The notes under the pieces: model-generated | Databases searched by the model: none | What the model was told of the DNA's origin: nothing | Seen by the model: only the letters and a program-made list of their open reading frames with translations | Position numbers and translations under genes: made by a program | Shown: piece by piece, positions 25,592 through 33,400 of the stretch | How the letters are laid out: each line of letters starts with the position of its first letter | Position numbering within the stretch: the stretch's first letter is position 1 | Source of the DNA: Alistipes sp. | GTDB taxonomy: Bacteria > Bacteroidota > Bacteroidia > Bacteroidales > Rikenellaceae | Reading direction: 5' to 3' | DNA length: 64,000 nucleotides | Assembly: GCA_045650465.1 (NCBI GenBank) | Contig: JAZRRF010000024.1 | Location: 838 to 64,837 of the forward strand

Positions 25592-26692
25592 TCAATTGTT
25601 CAAAGGAAATAAAACCTCGTTCACTGTGATGTTTTTAAATACATCTATGTCATCAACATCATTGTATTTAAAAATCTCCGCAACTGTGCGCCAAAATTCA
25701 ATGTACGCTTTCTTTAGTGCTTTTGTTTTTGATAGCTCTTTTATGTTTTCTACGCTGTCTAGTGTAAATAGCGTTTTGCTTTTTGCTTCATCTATCTTCT
25801 TTGCAAAATTTGTGACTGCACTGCATTGTTTTAATATAACAACCGCTTTTTCGTCATCACTCATGTTTCCGTCTGCGTTTGTCAACTCGCTCCATGGCAT
25901 TGTGTAGCTCAATGTTTGAATTATCTCTTGCCATTTGCTTGGTTTTTCCTTTTTTACGCCTTCTGCAAAAATGTCTGTATAAACAAACATCGGCTCGTAT
26001 GGTTTTATTCTAACTGGTAGCACTTCGAGTTTGCCTTTTCCGTCAATTTTGTATGTTATACCATCATTTGTGTAATATATACCAGGGGTTGTTTCTATAG
26101 TCTTTCTGCTTTGCTTTCTTTCAGCAAAAAGTTCTTTGCTCTGCTCGCCGCCGTCTAACAATATCTTTGCATCTATTGCAATTTTGTATGCAATCAAATC
26201 ATTGTATGTTATTTCGCTGTCTATTACAGGCTGTACAATGCAGTTGTTAAGGTCTTGTATAAAATCAGCAGTGTCAATGCCGTTTTGTCTGCAAAATACC
26301 TCAATCCTTGCAGCTTGCAGCTCATGTTTTTCGTGCAATTCTTCTTCAATCTCTTGCTCTATTGTTATTTGCTCGTTGCGGTCTATTTCCGCATTTAATA
26401 TCTCATAATATTCTGCACTACCTTCTTCAACTGTGGCAAAGTCCACGCTAACGTATCTAACAAGTGCTTGCATAAATGTTAAGTTTTCATTCAACATTGC
26501 ATTTATCACACGCGCAAGCTGTGGATTTTGCAATAGAATGGCCCTCATTTTCTCAATTTGTGCATTTTGCTTGTTTATATAACTCAACAAACCGTCAAGT
26601 AACGGCATGTTTCTTTCATTTTCGTCAAGGTTAGTCGCTATTGCGTCTTTTAATTGCTGCCTTGTTTGCAATTCTTTTCTATAATCAATCAT
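25592..26692 (-). CDS. hypothetical protein (A+T-rich gene)
   Basis: 366-aa ATG-initiated ORF directly upstream of the portal; visibly lower G+C than the portal gene. Confidence 0.55.
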   Translation of the reverse strand: MIDYRKELQTRQQLKDAIATNLDENERNMPLLDGLLSYINKQNAQIEKMRAILLQNPQLARVINAMLNENLTFMQALVRYVSVDFATVEEGSAEYYEILNAEIDRNEQITIEQEIEEELHEKHELQAARIEVFCRQNGIDTADFIQDLNNCIVQPVIDSEITYNDLIAYKIAIDAKILLDGGEQSKELFAERKQSRKTIETTPGIYYTNDGITYKIDGKGKLEVLPVRIKPYEPMFVYTDIFAEGVKKEKPSKWQEIIQTLSYTMPWSELTNADGNMSDDEKAVVILKQCSAVTNFAKKIDEAKSKTLFTLDSVENIKELSKTKALKKAYIEFWRTVAEIFKYNDVDDIDVFKNITVNEVLFPLNN

Positions 26693-26718
26693 ACAATTTA
26701 TTGTTTTGTGTTTTTACT

Positions 26719-28377
26719 TCATTTCCGTATTTTTATTGGCTGGTCGCTCACTTTTTTAAATGATATTGTACCGTCTGGGTTATAAGTTGGGGTTTGTAAA
26801 TCTTTAGTTTCATTTCTGCTGTACCCTTCATCTATATTAAACGGTTGTGTTTCAAAACTGTCGTATTCAATTCCATTTTCTTTTGTATAATTATAGAGAT
26901 CTATCATTTGTTGCATTTTTTGAACGGTAGGGTGTGGGTCTTCTACAATAAGTTGCTTTCCTGTATTGTCTAAGTATATCTTTACCGCCTTATAGCCTTG
27001 TGGTAGTGAATAATATGCAGCATGTATATTTGGATATTCTTTATATTTTCGGGTCTCTGGTTGGTATATTAGGTATGTATCGTTTGCCCTTTTGTTTTTT
27101 GTCTGTTGCTGCATTCTTTTATCAAACTGCTCTTGCTGTTGCTTAATTCTTCTATCAAACTGGTCTTGCTGCTGCCTCATTCTTGTATTAAACTGGTCTT
27201 GCTGCTGCCTCATTCTTGTATTAAACTGCTCTTGTTTTAGTTCATTGGCAATGTTTGTAGCGTTCTGTTTCTGCATCTGTTCGCGCAATCTCAGCAGTTC
27301 TTGTCGCTGTCTTTTTTTTATGTCCCTTATGCGTTTGTTTGCACTTTCTGTATATCCTTGTGTAGGTTTTATCTTCCACGCACCACCATGTATGGCAGCA
27401 CCCATCGTCACAAGGTTAGTAATATCACTTAGTATAGCCATGTCGCGGTCACGCTTTGCGTTCCTCTCCTCCTGCTCTGCGGCAGTCTTCAGCGACTGGG
27501 CAATCTGTGCATCCGTCTGCTCAAAATAATTACCCTTTTCCATCTCCGGGCGCTCCGGCAATGGAATAGTCTTTTTCCCACCATCCTCAACAGCTGTTTT
27601 TACAGCAGGTGCAGGTGTCTGTGCAACGGGTGCTTCCTTTTTAGGGGCAGTCTTTTCGGGTGTAGGTTTTTTGTCCCCTATTATCTCCACCTCCTCAAGG
27701 TCTGTTTCCCATGCTATAGGCTCGGTCTCTATACGTTTTTTACCGGCTTCTATCAGTCCTTCTTTTTTCGCCGCTTCCTCCATTTTGCGTATGTCGCGTC
27801 GTTCACGCCATGACGGCGATTTTGAGGCTTCGTTAATATAGGCGATAGCCTTGTCATATCGCGACTGCGCTGTAGGCATTTCCTCTTTTTGGGAAACAGC
27901 CTCTGTCGCAGTTGCCTGTGCAACAGAAACAGGCGTTTCCTCTTTCACAGCAGGCGTCTGTGCCTGTGTCTGTTCAGCAGTTGGCTTCGCAACTTTTCTC
28001 GGCATAGTACCGTCGAGATATGCCACCGATTCAGGCAAGGTCGGGGATTGTACAGCTGGGGCTTTAGCACCAAATATTACATTTCCGGGGTATTTAGAAA
28101 TTTTCTCCTTATATTTCTTCTCATAGGCCTTGCGGTTTTCCGCCATTGTTTCTTTCCAGTCTTCTTCAGGCTCATTAAAACCTTGTGTACCTTGCTCACG
28201 GATAGCCGCCTTTGGGTTTTCGTACATCAAATCACCTCTTGCTCGGGCTAAACCACGTACCTCCTCTGCCGTACCAACGTACGGATCATACGCAAGGTCA
28301 AATTCCATCGGTTTCCCCTCAATATCCTTCAGCACAGTATTGCGCTTCTCATTTTTTTCACTCATAATTACACTCAT
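26719..28377 (-). CDS. virion-associated protein, paralog of ORF 43845-45551
   Basis: The ORF-track start at 28401 is GTG; ATG at 28377 (MSVIMSEK). It shares SRYDKAIA, AVEDGGKKTI...PEMEKGNY.EQTDAQIAQ and RDMAILSDI.NLVT.GA..HGGAWKI blocks with the 568-aa protein. Confidence 0.65.
   Translation of the reverse strand: MSVIMSEKNEKRNTVLKDIEGKPMEFDLAYDPYVGTAEEVRGLARARGDLMYENPKAAIREQGTQGFNEPEEDWKETMAENRKAYEKKYKEKISKYPGNVIFGAKAPAVQSPTLPESVAYLDGTMPRKVAKPTAEQTQAQTPAVKEETPVSVAQATATEAVSQKEEMPTAQSRYDKAIAYINEASKSPSWRERRDIRKMEEAAKKEGLIEAGKKRIETEPIAWETDLEEVEIIGDKKPTPEKTAPKKEAPVAQTPAPAVKTAVEDGGKKTIPLPERPEMEKGNYFEQTDAQIAQSLKTAAEQEERNAKRDRDMAILSDITNLVTMGAAIHGGAWKIKPTQGYTESANKRIRDIKKRQRQELLRLREQMQKQNATNIANELKQEQFNTRMRQQQDQFNTRMRQQQDQFDRRIKQQQEQFDKRMQQQTKNKRANDTYLIYQPETRKYKEYPNIHAAYYSLPQGYKAVKIYLDNTGKQLIVEDPHPTVQKMQQMIDLYNYTKENGIEYDSFETQPFNIDEGYSRNETKDLQTPTYNPDGTISFKKVSDQPIKIRK
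27094..27236 (-). repeat. 33-bp in-frame tandem repeat (about 4 units, two identical) encoding QFNTRMRQQQD-type 11-mers
   Basis: 27160-27192 and 27193-27225 are identical; the flanking units are diverged. Confidence 0.7.
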
Positions 28378-28552
28378 ATCTTCATTAATTAAATTAAACA
28401 CCCAATGTTAGGCATAAATCAAACCATTCACATTGCGGTTTTTTTTGCGAAATTCGTACTTTTTTTATTTTTTGTTCGGCAAGTTATTCATTCTTTTAAT
28501 GCTGTTTTGTGCGGAATTGCAATAAATTTTTGCGGAAAAGAGATTTTTTCAT

Positions 28553-28590
28553 AAAAAAAGCACCCTTTTGGGTGCTTTTGTCTTTTTTAT
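28553..28590 (-). terminator. rho-independent terminator (A-tract/T-tract flanked, potentially bidirectional)
   Basis: GCACCC-tttt-GGGTGC with A7 upstream and TTTTGTCTTTTTT downstream; immediately after the stop at 28594. Confidence 0.7.
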
Positions 28591-28593
28591 CAA

Positions 28594-28872
28594 TTATTTG
28601 TAATATGGGGATAAATCTTTCAACTCTAACGCGTGGTTTATTTCGGTTCTCAATGCCTCAACGCTGTTGCAGTATCGTATTATTGAGCTAATTGTAAAAT
28701 AAACATCTTCCAAATCTATCTCTTTGTTGCCTGTTCCCATGTGGTTTTCATCATAGATTGCTGTTATTTGTGCTATTGCAGGTATCAAACTATTATAGTC
28801 TATTGTATCGGCATAGCTTTTGATGTTTGCAGCATCAAAAACAGCTATTGTAATCTGTTTTTCGTTCTCCAT
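28594..28872 (-). CDS. hypothetical protein
   Basis: 92-aa ATG-initiated ORF followed by a strong terminator. Confidence 0.55.
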   Translation of the reverse strand: MENEKQITIAVFDAANIKSYADTIDYNSLIPAIAQITAIYDENHMGTGNKEIDLEDVYFTISSIIRYCNSVEALRTEINHALELKDLSPYYK

Positions 28873-28898
28873 AGCTTTTATATGTTGTTGTGTTTTTT

Positions 28899-29663
28899 TT
28901 AATCAAACAATGAATGTATAAATTTTCGCCCTGTTTCTGTCCATACTGTCTGCTGTGATGTATGCACTTTGCCTGTTGCACCTATGTACTCGCGCGTTAT
29001 CGTGCTTGTATATCCTTTGTCTTGGTACTTGGCTTTCAGCAGCCATTGTCCGTTCTGCTTGTACTGTACACCCATTTCGCGCAATTTGCGGTTTAAAGTC
29101 TCTGCGCCCATACCAAACTCTTTTGCTATCTGTGTAACAGTGTATGTGCTTTCACTACTCAACACCCTTTGGAAATATTCTACTTGTGGAGCTTGTAAGG
29201 TTATAATGCGCTCTTGTTCTTGTGTTTTTGCTTCCAAAAGTTGTTTTTCTGCTTTTGCTTGTTCCAATCGTCGGTTCAGTATTTCCATTGCGTGGGCAAT
29301 AGCTGCATCGTCATCGGCCACCGTTGTTACTCCTGTTGTCAATAACTCTTTTATATGGTCATTGCACCAAATGGCAAATGCAGGAGAAAGCCACCGCGCA
29401 AATTCAAGGGCAACATCTTCGTGCATCCATGTGCCTGGGTTGTCGCCACCGCGTGTAACTTGCACTAAATCAGCCAAAGTGCTTTTTCTCACTTTGGCAA
29501 GTTCGTTGAGAAATTCTTCAGTTTGTTTGTTCTGCAACCAATCTATCGGTCGCTTGTTGAAAGTCTTTGCCATTTCTGTAGCATTGACCTTTACGCTGTC
29601 TCCCTTCGCAAAGGAAACAGAGCTACCATTGTAATGGTACGTTTGAATTTGGTTGTTCAGCAT
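28899..29663 (-). CDS. KilA-N / KilAC-type phage antirepressor
   Basis: N-terminus VNATEMAKTFNKRPIDWLQNKQTEEFL ... GTWMHEDVALEFARWLSPAFAIWC (KilA-N). C-terminus LQAPQVEYFQRVLSSESTYTVTQIAKEFGMGAETLNRKLREMGVQYK (KilAC/ANT). Confidence 0.8.
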   Translation of the reverse strand: MLNNQIQTYHYNGSSVSFAKGDSVKVNATEMAKTFNKRPIDWLQNKQTEEFLNELAKVRKSTLADLVQVTRGGDNPGTWMHEDVALEFARWLSPAFAIWCNDHIKELLTTGVTTVADDDAAIAHAMEILNRRLEQAKAEKQLLEAKTQEQERIITLQAPQVEYFQRVLSSESTYTVTQIAKEFGMGAETLNRKLREMGVQYKQNGQWLLKAKYQDKGYTSTITREYIGATGKVHTSQQTVWTETGRKFIHSLFD

Positions 29664-29704
29664 ATATACAAAAAAAGCACGCTAAAACGAGTGCTGAACA
29701 ACCA
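29650..29704 (-). promoter_or_regulatory. 13-bp inverted repeat that would sequester the antirepressor start codon in the mRNA
   Basis: tggttgttcagca (29650-29662, includes the U and G of the AUG and codons 2-5) is the exact complement of tgctgaacaacca (29692-29704); 29-nt loop. Confidence 0.5.
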
Positions 29705-29790
29705 TAAGAGATTATTTGAGGGCATTGCTGACACCTCCTCGTTTTTGCGTGCTATACTAAAATGTACAACATTATCTTATGTCTTGGCAG

Positions 29791-29818
29791 GGAAAAAGAA
29801 AAACCCTTACGGTTTTTC
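29791..29818 (-). terminator. weak A/U-rich hairpin terminator downstream of the lipoprotein gene
   Basis: Minus strand GAAAAACC-GTAAG-GGTTTTTC followed by TTTTTCC. Confidence 0.3.
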
Positions 29819-29905
29819 CATAAGAGCCTCTGCCTGCTCTTATAATTGTTCAGCACTGCAAATATATGGCGTGTTTTTTAATCTGCAAAACTTTTTGCTG
29901 TTTTT

Positions 29906-30142
29906 TTACCAAAAAATAGAATCATCGGCAGGGTTGTGGCTCTCAATTTCAAGCCTTTTTTCATTTTCCCAATATAAGCTATCTTCTTTGCTTCTTTTTT
30001 TGGGTGTTCTCGGTGTTTGTTGCGCTTTGTTTATTTTATAATCTTTTACTTCATTGTCCTTTTTTGGTTTTTCCGCATTGCAAGCAAGTAGCAATGCCAA
30101 AAAACACAAAGCAAGCGCAGTTCTTTTATTAAAGTATTTCAT
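29906..30142 (-). CDS. small secreted lipoprotein
   Basis: 78 aa; signal peptide plus lipobox ALLLAC|NAEKP; lysine-rich mature part. Confidence 0.65.
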   Translation of the reverse strand: MKYFNKRTALALCFLALLLACNAEKPKKDNEVKDYKINKAQQTPRTPKKRSKEDSLYWENEKRLEIESHNPADDSIFW

Positions 30143-30204
30143 TAAGGTAAAATAAAATTAAACAATTATATCTGCTCGCAAATATAATAATTTAATTTTA
30201 TTTT

Positions 30205-30400
30205 GTGCAGTGTAAGGTTGCGCGGCAGCCCTTTTCGCAACCCGCTTGCACGCGCAAGCGACCATTGCTGTGCTGCCTTGCGATAACCGCCCACACAGCT
30301 TCGCTGCTTCGGGCGGTCATTCAAGAGCCTCCAAGTCCTCCTGATTTACCTCTCTCACCGATTTTTTGGTGGGAGCCGCCACCTTACGGCTCCCACTTTT
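30205..30400 (+). ncRNA. candidate structured RNA element in a G+C-rich intergenic island (strand and function uncertain)
   Basis: Perfect stems GGTTGCG/CGCAACC (30216-22/30236-42), CGCTTGC/GCAAGCG (30243-49/30254-60), GGCAGC/GCTGCC (30224-29/30272-77), CCGCCC/GGGCGG (30287-92/30311-16) and GTGGGAGCCG/CGGCTCCCAC (30369-78/30387-96). The last is followed by TTTT on the plus strand. Confidence 0.3.
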
Positions 30401-30416
30401 CACTCTTGATAGAAAC

Positions 30417-33400
30417 TTATTCATAACGCTTCATTATTTCTGTTGCAATATCAGTCAATCTTCTAACCTCACTCATTCTCCATTCGGGATCTTTGTTCTG
30501 CTTTATAAACTTTTTATGTGCCCCTATGGCGTTAATAACCTCCTTAAAACCTTTATCAGCATATACGCCATAATGCTCAACAGCCTTTGCTCTCTCTTCA
30601 GGTGACAACTCCTCGCCATCACGAATCTTTTCATAGTCAGACTTGAATTTATCGTGAAGCACTTTATACTCATACCACCTTTCAAGGTCCTCGAATGTCT
30701 CCAACTTTTCGTAAGTATTAACCTTTGAGTACTTGTGAAGCGCTTTTGTCGCCGCATTCTCCACAGGAGAGCCAAGCAACTCTTCAAGTTTCTCCTTTCT
30801 CAAAGACTTCGCCACATTCGTGCCGTTTCTCTCGTCCATGCCCTCAATCCATTTCTTTTTAAGGATTTCCTTTTCGGTGTCCGAAGACTGGTCATATATT
30901 ACACTTATATCCTCCGGAGAGTATTCCTTTTCGACACGCTCCTTCAAGGTCTCCACAAACTTGTTGGCATACTTGTCAACTCGCTTCTCGTCCTCGCTGC
31001 CAAGTGGGAAGTTTCTTGTCATCTTATACTCGATATACCTGTCTGCAACCTTTTTCACCTTCTCGGCATCAGCACCATATATCTCATCAAGAATAAGCAT
31101 ATCCTGCTGCGACTGCGGAGCCTCCAAAATTCTCAAACCCAGTAACACACCATCGTTAGCCAATTTAACATCGCCATCGCTGACATCAATAAACGCTGCT
31201 GCGAGATCAATCAACCTCTGCGGAGAGATACCGGTATTCATTTCGGTTAAGATTATTCCAAGCTGCAAGATACCGGCTGCCGTGCCGTCTTTTTCGAAGC
31301 TGTCAATTACTTTCTGCAAGTCTCCCTCAAATGGAGCTTCAAGCAATCCTACTGCATATTTACCATCGGTTATATGCTTCTCATAGAGACCCTTTGCAAA
31401 GTTACCAAGCGTAAAGCCCTCGAACATTCCGGTAACGCCCACCTTCTTTGCCATATCATATATCTTCTCCTTTTCTTCCTCGTCATCACCGAACAACAAG
31501 TAGGGCAGTTGTCCCATCAGTACCCACAGATAGTTCATGCCATAACCGAATATCGCCAAGTTGGTAAAATCTTTTGCGTAACTCTTGTAAAACTCCTTTG
31601 TGGCCTGTTTCCCAGCAGTCACTTCATCTACACCCATCTTGATATACTTCTGCTTGGTGGCCTCGCGTATTCTCTCGCCACGCGCAAGCTTCTTGCCTAT
31701 TCCAACCATGCTGCCTACAACTCTTCTCTGGAATGCCATCTGCGAGTTTCGGAACAAGGTTGTTAGCAAAGCTACAAGACCGCCATCCTTCTGCAGGGAA
31801 CTCAAATATGCACCCTGACCACTCTGCTGGGTCTCGTTGTAAGAGATAGCCGCGTCATTCTTCGCGCGTTTATCCGCCTCATACTCCGTCAAGCCTAAAG
31901 ATTTATAAAACCTCAGTCTCGTGTTATACACAGCTCTTGCACCGGATGCAACAACCACAGCGTCAATAAAAGCATTAGGTGTCATACCCACCATTCTTGC
32001 TGCCTTCATTATCCTGCTGTCATAGATTGAATACTCATTCTCTCCAAGTCGCTCATTACCGGCTGTGCGCCCTTTCCAACGCTCCTCAAAGCCGGGAAGG
32101 TTCTTAATTGCCCAGTTCCAAGAAGACCACCAGCCTACAGGAGTCGATGCGGTCCACATCAAGTCAAATACATTCGCGTCTCCTAAGAATGCCGGCAAAC
32201 TCGCAATCTGTTTCAAGGATGTAAATCCACCGTAAGTAATCTTCGCTGCATTTGCTCCACTCATCAGTTTGGCAAGGTAATCCGCCTTTGGCTTGTAGTT
32301 GCCTGTTGCAATTCGGGCAGTATCCACAAAGTCTTTCCAAAGAGTTTCTCCGTCACCGTAGCGCACACTCTTTGTGTTCTGCACACGATTCTTGAAATCT
32401 TTGTCGTTAATAAGAGTGTTGTTATCCCTTATAAACTCCGCGTATGCCGCCCAATGCTCCATATCCACGATATGTTCATTAAGGACATCAAAAGCATTTG
32501 CCATGAGGTCTATCGGGGTAACATTTACCCTACGCTTGATAATTGAACCGGTTATTGTAGATGGAATAGCATCCGAGGTGTTGTTTATATCCTCATTGCC
32601 TTGTCTTGCATCCTTGTTCACCCTCAATGGGAAGTAGTTCTCTACCTCGCTCATAGACGCACCGAACATTCTCTGGTGAACCTCGTTCATTCTTGGCCTC
32701 ATTTGTGGCAAGAACTCAGCTTGGATATAGTCCGCAAACTTCTTGTACTTGGCAGGGAGTTTCTTAACAGCACCCTGCACCTTCTCTTCTGTCAATCCCA
32801 TGTTACGCAATTTCATCTGTCCCTCAGCCTGTTTCTCGGTCATGTAGAGATACATCAACTGGCCTATGGTCAGCTCTCGTTCTACCGTTGCACCACCATT
32901 CCAATACGAAAGTATCACACCGCTTCCCTTTGTCGATTCGCGCGCAATAGTCTTGTAAGTCTTGCCAATTATCTTTTTATCGAATATCTTCTGCGCTGCA
33001 GCTTCAAGGATATTGAAGTCATTCTGTGACTCCTTCCACTCCTTATCTTGTGCCTCGTTGAACGCAGTCATGAAGTGATTAAACAATTCACCTCTTCCGT
33101 CAAGGTGGTCGCGGCCAAAGTATTTCATGTAATTCTCATAAGTACCCAAGCCATTCATCACAGTACGAACTATGGGGTTCTTATAGACAACCATGTCAAC
33201 AGTCTTGCCGGCAGCTCCAGGCTCTTTTCTCTCAGCACTCTTGTCAACACCATTCATATCGCTCTCTGCCATGTCATGGATTCTCTGCACACGCATAGCC
33301 TCTGCCTCGCGGAACGCCCTTGCACGCTGCACACCTTCGTAGATGTCACCGCTCAAAGCATGGAGCACTTTCTGGTATGCGTCAATCTGCTGCGCCCTCA

